Below, one piece after another: positions 1-13,953 of a stretch of DNA of 35,612 nucleotides. Location of the stretch: positions 1-35,612 of the forward strand of contig CAJVPI010000317.1 in assembly GCA_910592345.1 (NCBI GenBank). The letters run 5' to 3'. Positions within the stretch are counted from its first letter, which is position 1. Every line of letters begins with the position of its first letter. The notes beneath the pieces are model-generated. The model searched no databases. It saw nothing but the letters and a program-made list of their open reading frames with translations, and was not told the origin of the DNA. A program made the position numbers and the translations under genes. Source of the DNA: Paraglomus brasilianum (Eukaryota).

Positions 1-39
1 GCAAAAATTTTCCGGGGATCGTCCAATTTTGGGGTTCTT

Positions 40-120
40 TGACGGGATTTATATATATAAATCGTGGTACGGCATTTTTATATATAAATCCGGGATTTAT
101 ATGGTGACGGGATTTATATA
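40..120. repeat. Direct and inverted GGGATTTATATA motif cluster
   Basis: 18-bp palindrome GATTTATATATATAAATC (46-63); inverted pair atataaatcc-g-ggatttatat (82-102); tgacgggatttatata at 40 and 105. Confidence 0.7.
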
Positions 121-3100
121 CGACATATTCATTGATTTTCTTTATAATCAATAAATAAAAAACGACGTAATTGTTTATATTAATACTTTTACCTTTGTAT
201 GTCAATGTTATATGTTTGTTGGTTGGAAAAAACCTCTAAAAAAAGTGCGTGGTTTATCTAAATGTAATATGAAACGATAGATGCTACATAATCATTATTT
301 GAGAATGACAATCAATACTGTAAGCTTAGCAATTCAACCAATCAATTATTTATGCTATTTGCATTCTACTCTATTTATCATCTAGCATGAGTTCATCGTG
401 TTTAAAATAGGCAGTCACTAGGATTGGTAATACAATATCAAAGTGGAGAGGGTTGGACCTATTTGCTATTATGATTTCACGCAATACTTTGCATCTCCCA
501 AGTATAATGTCCTTTGCTAGAAATCATTAACTACATTGCATCATTGAAATGTAACTCAGTATGATTTATTCATTAACTAGCAATATGAGCAATGGTAATT
601 AAAATATATAATAAAGATATCGAAATCTATCGATTATTATATTAATATGGGCAAAACCCGCTAAATATTGACCGAGATTATTTTTTTGAAGCCGAGTATC
701 CGAGTGTCATTAATACTTTTCGGCGAGCTTCTTCAATTTTCTCTGCAGAATATGGTAGTTTCTGCCAAATATGTTTTTGAATCGGTATTGAAGTCTCTAT
801 GGTCGTATCGGAACAAGTACTGTCATTGTTGTAAATAATTTGATTAAACGAATTAATCTTCAATCGAACGAAAGTCTTCAGAGGAAAGACGCGTACGAAA
901 ACTATCCCTATGTTGTCACTAATTCGTAATACGAGACATGATAAAATCAAATTTTACGAAATTATCGATTCTGCATTTGGTCACAACTTTTTTTGCGAAA
1001 ACAGCGATTATAATGTGAAAACTTCTGCGAGCCAGTGATTACTAAATCTTTCTGAAGAGTAGAAGATGCCTACTTAATACAATTTTACCTCTTTACTTAG
1101 CGCAAGGCAAGGCAAGAAAAGAAATGTTGGAGTTGTTACACCAGCAATTATAACCGATTATGAGGCGATTATAACTGATTCTATTGGCTGAAATTGTTTT
1201 CGTTTTCATTTTCGTTTTCAAAAAATTTTTTTTGAATGATGATTGTACTATTTTGAAAAGTACTATAAAAAAATTAGGCAAAAAGATATTTTATTCGAAC
1301 AGATGACTCAAAAAATGCTGGGTATCAGCGAAAACGTGACTTTACTGCGGATATATCAAAAACGGACTTTCTTTAATACATCAATGCATTTAGAAAAGTT
1401 TATTATACATGTGATTTCGCCGAAAATAAAAATTTCCTTAATTTAAAGCGGTATATGGTGATCATAATATAAAGTTAGCATAATAATAACCAAATACTTA
1501 CGGAATCCGATATCAATGCAGTGCCTACAAAAATAGGATAATCTTGTTTGCGGCCCAAACGGAAAGTTTTATAATTTAAACAAAGATGGCAACGTAAAAT
1601 AGCAAAACAAATAATGTTACAAATTGGCTATGCAAAATGTAAATCAGCAAATAACTGCAAGGCAAGCATTAATAAATACAAATTTGCAACCTTTAGGGTT
1701 GATAAACATGCATAATAAATAACAGACTATTTGTAGAAAATAACAATCGAAAAATATTATAAGTAATTAAAACACTTTAAGATAACACCAATTGTTGACT
1801 AGAACGCAAAACGTAGTAATTAGTTCATCTTCTACTGAGCAGCTGAATTTATCCCGAGCGCTTATAATATTAAACTGTATTTTGCAAATAAACAATTTTG
1901 TCAAAAATAACATACAAATTAAAAACATAAAAAAAATTCAACATTATTGTTTATAAGGTTATTAACACATTAAACTATGCTTGATGACTTACCGATAAAA
2001 TACTGTTGAGGCTCCTACGTTGTATGTCTCAAGTCAACTGTATACCGTTTATTAACATCTAGAAAAACTCTACATTAACAAGTAAAAAAGGTTTACTATT
2101 ACGTTAGATTTGTTAATTTAATGCAATATGACTTCCCGCAGGTTCTAAAGAATAAGAAGTACTGGCGACAAATATTCTATGTATTCTTTAATATTATTAT
2201 AATTAGCGCAAGAGCTGATGCTAATAACTTGTTTGAACAAGACAGGCTAATAGATAAAGACCATATCCAATAAAGGTTACCAAATTTAAACTAATACAAT
2301 TATGTTATAACTACGGTTTGCTATCATTTGAAATTCATTGGTTTGGCCAAGATAATGTTTGCACACACAATTACCTAAAATTTATCTGTAAAACTATAGC
2401 TTACAGCTCAGATTCAAGCGTTGCGTGCGCCTACTTGATGGGGCTAGATTAGTACTCCAATAAACATGTTCATCATATAAAGTAAACTCAACTCTATAAA
2501 TTACAACAGGCATGTTATAACTCAAGTAATCATATTGTTATTAGAACCACAGTATTATATAAATAATAGAGAAGGCTGGTATCGCCAATGAAAGATAAAT
2601 TATAAAAGTTAAACGTAAACATACAGTTCTGTCATTTTTATTTGTGCCCGATAATAAAGATTAAGAACTAGAACCCCAATTTTCATTTTTGCGGAAAACT
2701 GCGTTTTACATATTAATATTGCCAAGTTGATATATATAATCACCAGTTTCACAAAAACCTAAGTTATCGATAAAAGAAATTATTATTATTGTACTCTATT
2801 GCTCTAGCCACGTTATTATTGCTAAGATTAAATTAACGTACACTAATTACATATGTATTTCAAACACTTTGATAGACAACTTGTGATTTTTAGGTGGATT
2901 TAATCTTGGGATTCAGTTTTCTTTTTCTTCTTTTTTGAGGAAAAAAAGGATAATTGCTTATAAAGCAGTAAATTTTAAGTCTAATTACGATAAAATGCAC
3001 ACTTGTGTTCGTGATAACCATATGTTATGTTGCAAAGAACCGATACATTCCAATGCAATGATCAGAAAGATAGAGCAAGACTTCTGGTCCATCCTAAGGG

Positions 3101-3647
3101 GGTTTTTTCCATCTTCAGGAATAGTTCTACACCGAAAAATCGGTTAACTAATTGACGAAGTGCATTATGGAATAAAAAATATGGGACATTCTATGAGACT
3201 ACAATTTGAATAATTGTGCAAGTGATCATTGTTCCTTTCAGAGTATTAACAGTCAGTCTTTATGGCTTGCTTCTACAGCATTATGATCAGAAGACTTTCG
3301 GAGACGATTCGTCTCAATTAATTTAATGCCTAACATCGATTGAGAGAATGGATTGTGGACGTAACAATATTTTAGACAGGTATAGGCAATTTTTCAATTT
3401 TCGTGAAGAAAGACATACTGTATTATCTCAGTAATTAACAGGTTTTGAACAAGCTGTCATTAATACTGCTCGTACGGAATCCAAGGAGTTGAATATCCGC
3501 TTCTATCCTTGTCCAACGATGTTTAAAGTATAATAAGGTATGAAACCGTTATTCGATCTTCAATGACGTAGTTATTGTTTATATTGGTTAGATTAAATAT
3601 TCTTAATATATCGTTGATTATTACTTATTAGATGATGCTGTCGGCTA

Positions 3648-3659
3648 ACTGACGTCAGT
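3648..3659. promoter_or_regulatory. CRE/ATF-like palindrome ACTGACGTCAGT about 250 bp upstream of the BTB gene
   Basis: Perfect 12-bp palindrome with TGACGTCA core; function is inferred only. Confidence 0.3.
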
Positions 3660-3907
3660 GAGTGATTTAACTCGGCCCGAAATGAATAAGCAGGGCCATT
3701 TATTGTTATTTACGGAAGCTGCTGCGCCCTGTGTGACATCCCCGTTAGTATTGTCTAATATAATGGACATGTGATTACCTAGAACTATTGTCCGCTAGCT
3801 AAGGAAACTTTTGAAACACTTGCCTTCCCCTGTAAATTTTATAAACTTCAAATCGAATCAGAACAGCTACCGAATTGTTTACACAAATGTTATCACATTG
3901 AAAGAAT

Positions 3908-5520
3908 ATGAGCGGATTGGTAACTCTATCCCACCAATTCAATGAACATGAGATTTACTTCCATCGCGTTGGAAAAGGTATTAGGATCCCCAAAAATGTA
4001 AGCGATGATTTTGATGTTGTGATAACAGTGGGCGAAGGCTCGGAAGAAGAAACTTTTTACTGCAACTCGAAGGCATTGATTAAGGAAAGTCCTTACTTTG
4101 ATACTGCACTGTCGAAGCTCTGGGCCAAGAAGAAAAACGGCATGTACATACTAGAGCATCCAAACATCTCACCAGATGCCTTTGAAGGCATACTCCGGTA
4201 AAGTACTGGGATAATATTATTAAAAGTATATGCATAGAGTAAAGGTGAAGTGCAATTATCCGCTTTGCTTGTCTGACATTTCCTAGATGTCTACTTTCTT
4301 ATATTATACTCCTTAGATATATTGGTCATGGTAAGACTATGATATCTGAACTCGACGAAATTATACTTTTGGATGTGATCGTAGCAGCCGACGAATTGCT
4401 ATTCCATGATCTTGCTGGTTACATTGAAAGCTATCTAATTAATACGTATTTCCAAAGTGTGAAGGACGGTCTTACTATCTTCCTCAACAAAATCGTTCAC
4501 CATCAACAACTCAACGGATTGTGGCGACGTCTACTACGAATTATAAATGATCACCACACACTACTGTGTAATTCTGCGGACCTCCCATGTTTAGAGAAAT
4601 CAGCTTTAGCCAGTATCTTGGAAGATGATAGTCGAATAATAAGTCAAGGCAAACTATGGACTGTAATGCTCAAATGGGGAATGAGTCGTAATCCCGCAAG
4701 AAGTCTCGAATTCACCTCGTGGCCTGATCATGATATTAACGTATTGGCGGACTCGCTCCGCGAGTTAATACCATTAATCAAATTCTCAAATGTCAGTAGA
4801 AATGACTTTATTCAAAATGTCATTCCATATCAACAGGTTATTCCAAATACGATCGAAAATGAGACTCTGGCTGGTTACCTGAATAGACAAAAACTCATCG
4901 AAACTGAGTATTCACACATTGATATAGTTCTAGAGGATTCCGTGGTGATAAATCATTCACATGCTGCATTGATAGCACTCTGGATCGAATCTTCAAAGAA
5001 CAAGAGCGGCGGAGCAACTACCGAACGTCTTCGTCGATTGTCGAAAACTTTAATGCGTCGGAGATTGAAGTATAAATTTACTATGTGCTATCGCAACAGC
5101 CTCCTTCAATTTACATGGGAAGACTACTATAGACAATGTAATCGAAAAGAATCAATGGTAGCGATCGCGAAAGTACGTGATTCGTTGAAGCTGGTCGGTG
5201 GATTCTCGCCAGTCGGACTGATCGCACCACCTCAGATCCCACTCAACGAGGAATGGGAGAGAACTTTCATCTTCAGCATTGATGGTAATGGACATTTCCT
5301 GCAAGAAAATGCCGTTGCGAGCAGAATGAGTACTTGTCGAACAGATGGGTACATCTTTCATTCTCTTTTCGGTCCCAGATTTGGCGAAAGCGATTTATTT
5401 ATTAATTTAGGAACTCGTCGTTGTGTATGTCGACAGAACTATTACAGTAAACCGATAACTGATTCGCGCAGTTTTCCTTTTGATGAGTTTGAGGTCTTTA
5501 TTGTTGAAAAGATAGATTGA
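3908..5520 (+). CDS. BTB/POZ-BACK-TLDc domain protein (2 exons: 3908-4197, 4317-5520)
   Basis: BTB motifs DVVITVGE...FYCNSKAL...SPYFDTALSKLWAKKKNG...PNISPDAFEGILR. A GT-AG intron at 4198-4316 joins this in frame to YIG...LLDVIVAADELL. BACK-like LWTVMLKWG. TLDc motifs LVGGFSP, FIFS, GPRFGESDL, DEFEVF. Confidence 0.88.
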
Positions 5521-6891
5521 ACGTTCGCAGTTATCAATAGTCAATTTGCGTACATGTAGTATTTCCCTTAACCTTATTCTGTATTTAGGTAATTAATTTA
5601 ATATCATGTTCATTGGTTCCCAATCTCCGACGGCTATTTGTTGTCAATGCATATCTAATCACGTGAAAGATTTTGGTCAATAAATATACAAACAGCACGC
5701 TGATCAAACTGAGAAACCGGAATGTTTTTATCGCATTCATCATTTCCAACCCTGTTGGACTTGGTTACATACAACATTCCGCAGAAAGAAAGTCAGTCAA
5801 GCCGTTGAGTCCAATCATCTGAGTCTTAATGAACTGCTTGGAATTAAGTGCTTGATATAGTCAGTCTTCGGCACTATGCCGTTTTTCATTCGCTCTATGA
5901 CAACTAATTTGTAATGGTAGGAATGAATCATGTAAATGCTGTTAAGATTACATATTTATTAATTCATATCTCTAAAGGGTTATTAATCCAGCTGTCCGTA
6001 ATTGAACAAATTGGGAACTACCGGGCTACAAAAAAAATAATGAAAAAGTGTCAATTTTACCAAGGGCTATATTAAAGCCTGTATTTCTATAGGATTTTGC
6101 CTACTACAGCCTTAGATACAAAAAAACTGTACGTTACTGATATGAAATCAACTTTTTTTTTAGAAGCAGATTGTGCTTATAGCGTCAATACTGTAATACT
6201 GTCGTCTGGGAGCCAGCACCCTCGATGCTGACAATTCAGAATTCGAAGACGGAGAATCTGTCCACGAATTAAACAAACCAAATAACTGGTAAATTTGAAG
6301 ACATATCATTGGGATTAAGAGAGAAAGAACAAATCCTAGAGATTAGAAAGGTCATTGAATATATGGAATTTTATTACGCAATAGGAAGGATTTGTCAGAC
6401 ATATCGTCACAAAACCAGCAAAAACTGACACCGATCTTGTAGGTAATCGATCGAACAGTAAATGTTAAACCATACCTAGGCAGTATACATTTGACGTAAT
6501 TCTAACCCATAACATCAGTGGACGTTTCAAAAGCGCATTTGACAAACAAATATCTTCGATGTCACGATTGTAGTTGTGAGTGATGAACTGTTTGGGAAAA
6601 GTACTTTGCGTATGGGTCTAGGCGACAATGGAGAAACTATTATTCATACACGTGCACACAATAAGGTTGTCTTTAGGAAAATCCCAGTCAATTGAACGCA
6701 AACGCTCCTAACGATAGATAGTAACAATATCGCTTTCAACTGTGTGAGTTTCAGTTTTTGCAAATTGGCTTCATTCGAGTAAAAGACCATTGTCAAATGA
6801 CATATAATTAATAAACACCTTGACTTGCGTTCAGCATTGTGTGTCTAAGAGCGCAAAACCTCACATTATTGATAAATATCATTAAATTAAA

Positions 6892-8919
6892 TTATAAACT
6901 CGCCTTAATTTCATCTCCATTTGTCAGTATTCTTAATTTGCTTTGGTAATCATCCCATCCCAGATACGCACCAACCATCTTCCTATAACCACTGAAGGCT
7001 GATCTTCCATGTAAAACGCGCCAGTTATCAAATATAACAACTTTCCTAGGTTTCAGTTGCACCCAATATTCGTTCCGCTTGTCCTGGAGAATGGCGTTCC
7101 ACTTTCTCAATGCGTCATAAAATGGTTCAATCTCGTCCGGGTGAAGATGATCAATTACTGAACGGTCATTGTTATTATATCTGATCTGGTATAAGATTCC
7201 AGAACGAGGCTCATGATTAAAGATAGGAAAAGCTCGTGGAGTTGGCATGATACAAACATTAGTATCGCCAGCACTGTGAGTAGGAATTGAGGTGCGGGAG
7301 AGGAGAGAATACGCATCGGGGTGTTGTTGTTTGAGCAGGGATGCAGTCTGGAAGCCGTCAACAAATAGCGACATGCCACCTTCTCCAGTGAATTCTATCA
7401 AATGAAAGAGTTGTAGACTAGAATGGAATAAAGTCATTATTTGCAAATAGTTGATTGTAACCCGTAGGGTTTAAAGAACGTAATTAAGCACATACCCGCA
7501 TGGATCAGTGAAATATGTCGTATCCGTATGAGCCTTGAGTGCTAAATTTGTGTATGCTGTGTCTCCGTGTAATAAATTAGATGTTGATTCCCAGAACTTT
7601 CCTATTAATTGATCAAGATGTAAGTAAACTGATCATTCACAAGAATTTGCAGCATCCTCCCATCATATGTTGTATGCAATACATCTAGTTCCTGTTTAAA
7701 CTTTCCTCCATCTCAAATTTAAAGTGTTTTAAACAATGATATGCTTGCCATAGTGTGTTTCTCTAATGAAGCTTATTTTATTGGTAAGCTCTTCAGTGTC
7801 TTTGTTAGTTGGCGGTACGTCTTCTACAAAGCATAGGCCATGTGTATTCTACTTGATTACAAGGACTAATGAGTATTTTTCTGATGTAAAGAAATCCACT
7901 AGTTACTAAACTCCTTACAATCTTCGTTAACCATTCCTTGAGTCCATCAGTCGAATTCATTACGTGCTTATAATTTACGGTTGGAGGATTTCTGGATATG
8001 TCAGCATTCCATAAAACCTTCCTGCAAAGTTTAGATGTATTGTTAATACATGCTTATGTCGACAAGTACTACAAGAGGATAAATATAAGATCGTATACTT
8101 AGTATGAAACAAATTCTGTGATCTTAAAGGTGGATTATAGGAATTTTGTAGTAGCCAACTCCATTTGTAGAAGCTCTTGTGATTGTCATTTGCCCCTGTT
8201 TGGTAGGAATAATTAGTGACTGGAATATTCTGTTTATTGTTTATATCATTTAACAAAACCCACAGGTAATTTCCAGTCCATTATCTTTTATTTCCAGGGA
8301 TCTGACTCCAATGTCTTCGGGTATCTATTATCAGTCCAATAAACTAATATTATTCTTTGTCGACAACGATAACATTGTGCGCTTGCTTTTACCTCAAAGG
8401 TATCAAGTAACCGTTGATTTGTCAATTGGTGAAAGCACTTGGGACACTTGCAATGATCCCTCAGCCATAAGTTATGACTAAAAAAAATAAAATAAAGTGG
8501 TAAGCAAGCAAGAAATTGGTAAGGTTACTTCAAAAACCGATATCTTCCTTCGTACAATGTACTTGCAGAGTTGTCGGCCCAGTTTACCAAGACTTTTCTG
8601 CTATCTGATGACGAAGTAGCCCTACTAGCCTAACGAAAAAAGTATAAATTAGCCATCGTTGCGGCTATGAGTAACAATAAATCCGATTCTACAACCTTTA
8701 CGAATTCTCTCTTTTGTTCTAAGAACCATGATTTAGATTTACATAAATATTGTTGTGTTCTCCGAAAGCCAGCTAATTTGGAATTTCGCAATTATTTAAT
8801 GAAATAAACAATTTCTTACTAAATCATAGCAAAGCATTCTTACCATCTGACGCAATCCTGTTTGTTTCTCTTCTCCAACAATTAGACAGTAAAAGATTAT
8901 ACCGTGCAATTGACAGCAT
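6892..8919 (-). CDS. TMLHE: Trimethyllysine dioxygenase (carnitine biosynthesis; TauD/GBBH-family Fe(II)/2-oxoglutarate dioxygenase), about 10 exons
   Basis: Spliced product: basic presequence-like N-terminus MLSIARYNLLLSNCWRR; Zn-binding WLRDHCKCPKCFH...QRLLDTF; FIRETHYGKFW; DTAYTNLALKAHTDTTYFTDPCGLQLFHL (HxD); VDGF; IRYNNNDR; FDNWRVLHGRSAF. The intron at 7748-7602 is GC-AG. Confidence 0.9.
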
Positions 8920-8964
8920 CACGACGGCAAGTGCCTCCTTTTCTATGTGCACTTATTATCGTCC

Positions 8965-9016
8965 TACTACACCTATTTTCTATCGCGAGGGACTTTTATT
9001 ACTACACCTATTTTCT
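8965..9016. repeat. 17-bp direct repeat TACTACACCTATTTTCT (8965-8981, 9000-9016) just upstream of the dioxygenase start codon
   Basis: Two exact copies seen in the sequence. Confidence 0.7.
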
Positions 9017-9644
9017 CCAAAAATAGTCCGCAAGTCGTGATCAGGTGATCTGCGATGGGACACAAACCAACTTGTCAGAAGAAACTACAGATAATAATAA
9101 TAATAACAGTAATTAACAACTTGCATTATTGGGAAGCTTTTCCTATATCAGTGATACCGGCCCAATAATAGACGCGTATATTAGAGATCGTAACGATGAT
9201 TTATTATAATAGGAGCAGATATCTTATTCTCGACATTCCTATATTTCGATGTTCCCGATGTTTAATATTCCGATTAATTATAATCGGGAATCTAAATAGA
9301 ATCTCGATAGCACACGAATCTTCAGCGAAGACAACGGACGGATTGGCACGTCACGATGGTAGTAGTGGAATAATGAGATTATTGTTACTAGAAAGAAAAT
9401 TGGGTAATAATAACAATACTAGCTTATATTTAATTAAAAAGCCATTAATGGACTGAAAGGGTAGGGACACCCTTCAGTGATCTTATCTTTATGACAGAGT
9501 TTCATTACAATTATCTTACTTTATATAATCTATTGTCAAGTTGAACAAGAGACAAGAATAATAACGTACCTAGCATAATTGGCATCTATCATATGGACTA
9601 TCTGTCTATCTTGTCTGATCATTGCGTCGTATTGATAAAATAGT

Positions 9645-10981
9645 TTAGAACTTTAAGTCTCCTTCAGTTGCATCACTGAGAGAAAGTAATTCAAGTTGTC
9701 CTTTCCCTTTAGTATCGGTTTGTAGAATATCTCTTATAACCCTGAACTGTCCTGGATCAATTGTGCATGTCTATGATGAAAGATACATATAATAAGAACC
9801 AATACAATATATTGTATGCATCATTGTCATATAGGTTCTTAATATAGTTAAAGTTAACACTCACCAGTTCATATTCAGCAGACCAGTCTTCATCCTCAAT
9901 GTTGGCAATCAATGGTACTAACTTCTCTTTAACTTTTTTTGCTTCTCTGGTGTTGGGAATAACTATTCTTAGTCGCATTTGGGCTCGTGCAATTGGTATG
10001 ATGTTCGCCTCTTGAAGACTTTTGAGCACATAAAGAGCCTAGAACATAGCATCAAAAATTCATAAATTGAGCTATATGTATAAATATTGTATGTTTGCTT
10101 GTTTGTATGTTTGCTTGCTTGTACGCTTGCTTGCGTGCCTGTTTCTGCCGGCCTGTTTGTTTAGGTAACTATTTGGCAGTCTGACCTATAAATACCAATT
10201 GCTAAATGCAGACTGTCTCTAACATACCTGAGACTTTGCACTCTTATTGGGTTTGACTGAATAGTGTATTTCCCCCATGGCTTTTTCGATCATGGAGACA
10301 GTATGAGGTCGTTTTGTCTCGGGGTTTACACACTTTTCAGCTACAATAGTGGCTATTTCACGATATGTATTGTCAATTTGATGACTGCGTTCTCTCTCTC
10401 CAACTTGGGTTTCACCCTTCCGAAGAATCTGGAAAGAATTTAGCAATAATCAGACGAGCTTTCTTGATCAGTAAAATATTAATGGAGAAAAAAAAAACTT
10501 GCCTCTTCTGTTATCTCATTAAGATTCTCTGTTTTGAATGCTTTCTTGAGATCATCTTTAGATGCTGCCTGGCCTTTAGATACGTTGAAGAAAACATTAT
10601 TAATTTGCAGAACTTCGTCGATATTGGTTTCTCTGTATCAAATATGATGAACAATTTATAAGAATCGTCATGTTAAGCGAAATTTTCAATTTAATCGTCT
10701 GATTTCTACGATGATTAATTCACCAGAGCAGGGAATAGAATAGCAGCCGATGAGAAAATCTTACTCACACCCCATTACGCCATTCCATAACTTTATTCTT
10801 GTAACAGGCTATCTCGAATCTTCTTCCGCCTTTCTTCAAGCGGACTATCGCTACATTTGTTAGCCTATGAGGAAAATGAATATTGATTTAATCGATTGAT
10901 CAAACTTGTAAATAACAAGCATATATAATTGACAGTGATTCTAACGCACTTTATTTGGTTGCTTGGTTGGTTTAGCGGCAT
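9645..10981 (-). CDS. SDO1: Ribosome maturation protein Sdo1/SBDS, 6 exons
   Basis: Spliced product: [66 protein letters not shown]...[14 protein letters not shown]...[27 protein letters not shown]...KSAKSQAL...[12 protein letters not shown]...IDPGQFR...KGQLELLSL. The intron at 10502-10429 is GC-AG. Confidence 0.96.
10088..10162. repeat. Degenerate tetranucleotide microsatellite (TGTA/TGTT/TGCT) inside an SDO1 intron
   Basis: tgtatgtttgcttgtttgtatgtttgcttgcttgtacgcttgcttgcgtgcctg... Confidence 0.7.
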
Positions 10982-11136
10982 GTTTCGTAAAGTAATGGCG
11001 CAGAACGTGTATATTTATATAAATTCAATCTATGACGTCATAAAATTTATCTAAACGAAGTCGGCCAATAGACCTTATCAAATTTTACTTGGTCCTCTGA
11101 TAATCCCGAAAAACAGACATAGCACATTTTGTTAAA
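10982..11136. promoter_or_regulatory. Putative bidirectional promoter between SDO1 and GPI16
   Basis: 155 bp between divergent ATGs. Contains palindrome TATGACGTCATA (11031-11042), CCAAT (11065-11069) and an AT-rich TATA-like tract (about 11011-11023). Confidence 0.6.
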
Positions 11137-13652
11137 ATGTGGCAGCCTTATCGACTTGTATATTTGCTGCTTTTCAACCAGATACTTCTTATATCAATTT
11201 ATTCTGCAAAGACAAGTGATCAATTCAGAGAAAATCTAATAATAAAGCCGTTACCGGACGGCAAAGTACTAACACATTTTGAATTCAGCATTCATTCATC
11301 TAATGTTGACGAATCTGGTAATTCTTGTGAGTACCGCTGATGTAAGACGCTATATATACTGCACGATATTAATTCATGCGTTTGGCAGATTATGACCTTT
11401 TCCCACGATCAATCGGGCAAATATTCCAGACATACAAAGCAAGAGAATTACACCTAACTTTTACTCAAGGAAGATGGAATTATGAAGGATGGGGTTATCC
11501 TATTGCACCGTCTGCTGGTACGGGAGTTGAATTGTGGGCTTGGCTATGGAAGAATGAGAAGTATGTACAGCAGGATGTCAATGTTGGAATGTTACTGGAT
11601 CAGTGAGATATTTATTGATCAAATTGGTGTATTTCAATAGTTTAGATAAGAATTGGAGGTCATTAACGAACGCTCTGGCGGGAGTGTTTTGCGCATCACT
11701 CAATTTCATCGATGAAAGATCAACTGTTCAGCCGCGATTATCTTTTAGACCTGAAGGGGTATATATTGGTATGTGGTCATGGTTAGGAACTGAGTAATTT
11801 CGGCATTGAGTAAAGACCGCAAGATTGAATACTCGCGCCTTGCTAGATTCTGAATTGTTTAATAGTGCTGAATTAAGATACGGGTCCTTACCTCATGAGA
11901 ATGTTTGTACTGAGAATTTGACTCCTTGGCTGAAGCTTCTTCCTTGTAAATCAAAGGTGATTTAAGAAATTAGTAGTTTGTATTTAACCAATGACCGTTC
12001 TATTGATTATTGGTTTTATTTCTAATTGAACATAGGCGGGAATCTCATCTCTTCTGAATAGCCATAAACTTTACAATTCCAATTTCCATTCAATGAGTGT
12101 TCACGTCCAGCCTGTTTGTCAAGTGAGCAAGTACTAGTGATAAATACCGAAAGAGGGCGTATTCAATAGCTTGTTGGCATTTATCCGTGTACATTTTTTA
12201 TCAACAGCAAAAAGAATGCCATAATAGTCAGTTGGAAATATTGCAAACAGTATCGACAGTATTTGATCCGGTGAGAGAGTCTGGGAAGAGAGGTGAATGT
12301 CTGTCTCTTCTGGTCTTTTATTTATATCGTCGAGTATATATAATTAACATAATCCCTACATAGATTGGTCACTATATCAATTGTTTGATCGTGACATTAC
12401 CAGAGCATGTCCATTGGCCATTGAAAGCAATATTGTCCTAATGCTTCCTGAAGTAGAAGATTATTCAATCGATCCTGAACCATTTAGTATTCAAACAGTC
12501 GACAGTACAAAGAGGAGATTCGGAGTTTATGACTTGACGAAATGTGGGTACTTAGTTGATTGGTTTTTATATTATAACGCAATGAATATTAATTTGATAA
12601 TTCTGCCAGCGAAAACTAACTTTAAATTAATGATGAAGTGGAAAGAAGCTTTTTTTGAGTATGGTAAGTTTGAAACTGTGTCTTGTAATATTGATATTGA
12701 TATTGACTAACTCTGTATTCCACACTATAAGATATCAACCCTATTCAACCGGATGTTTACGCCCACCGATATTTCACTGGTAAGTGGTAATTGCAAATAC
12801 TGTTGAAACCCGGAAACATTAATGATCATATACATATGAATGCTTAGGATTTGGACAAGAACACGGAGGAATTAAAGTCAACTTATTTAACAGAAATCCT
12901 ACGAATTCGATAAATATTCAGTATTGTGACGTAATTCCGTGGTATCTGAGACTGTATATGCACACTCTCAAAGTTACAGTGAACGGCAATGAGATATCGT
13001 CAGGACCTTGTAAGTAGCGTCCTGCAAGGGCGCGTCGTATTTTTTCTAGAATTTTTGAATGGTAAACACGTAAACGTGACCATATCTTTGCTGTTATTGA
13101 CTTGCAATAACTCTGTTTACTAGCCTATCCAATCAAGCAACTATTCTACCAACTAGCAGTAGACCGATCGAGGCCGTCAGTAATGGAGGCGAACATTTCA
13201 CTGCCAGCAGACACTATTACAACTCTGTCGATAGAGTTTGATAAAGCGTTCATCAAATACACCGAACATCCACCAGATGCCAATCGAGGTTTTGACGTTG
13301 GGTCAGCGGTAATCACGACATTAAGTAAGGCTGAATCCAAATGGGATTCCATTCTCTATCAGCAGACACAGGACGGGTACGTGACGTGGAAGAGCTTTAT
13401 TGCTGATATTTAATCTCATTCATAGTATCAAAGCTCATTTATTCCTTGATTTTGATTACTAGCATTCATTACTTTCCAATCAGGATATACACAGAGACTC
13501 TTCTTATAAGCCTTCCCACGCCTGACTTTAGCATGCCATATAACGTAATAACATTGACTTGTACAGTTATCGCTTTGTTCTTTGGGAGCATGTTTAATCT
13601 TCTTACGAGGAGATTTGTTGCATTAGATAGTGAAAATCGCGATAAAAAATAG
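11137..13652 (+). CDS. GPI16: GPI transamidase subunit Gpi16/PIG-T, about 12 exons
   Basis: Signal peptide; [155 protein letters not shown] (C-terminal TM helix). Confidence 0.96.
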
Positions 13653-13953
13653 ATCACATTTATACCAGCGATTTACACGAGGACATTTCAACCATTTTCG
13701 AGACTGGTTATTTATCGAATAGAAAACATAGAAATAAAAACACAACGTATTTGCATTTATGGTCCGCAATTTTATTTTCAAAACACATTGTCTATCAGGA
13801 AGTGATATGAACATATTAATACGTAACTCGCATTATTCAATAGTTTATTTTGTTATAATCAAATATATGATACATTAAAGTAGATATGGACACGAATCAT
13901 TTGGATAAATTATCAGTCACGAAGCAGCAATCATATTAGTATGATAGACCAAA

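Noticed and set aside
678..3147. Short AT-rich ORFs and a possible MITE-like relic around 950-1450
   Set aside because: No recognisable domains, splice structure, terminal repeats or target-site duplication could be established.
6226..6428. Coding-looking stretch with an internal stop
   Set aside because: No identifiable family; too short to call a pseudogene.
9228..9310. Imperfect hairpin (attccgatta...taatcgggaat) between the dioxygenase and SDO1 genes
   Set aside because: Short and AT-rich, with no ncRNA boxes or element boundaries.
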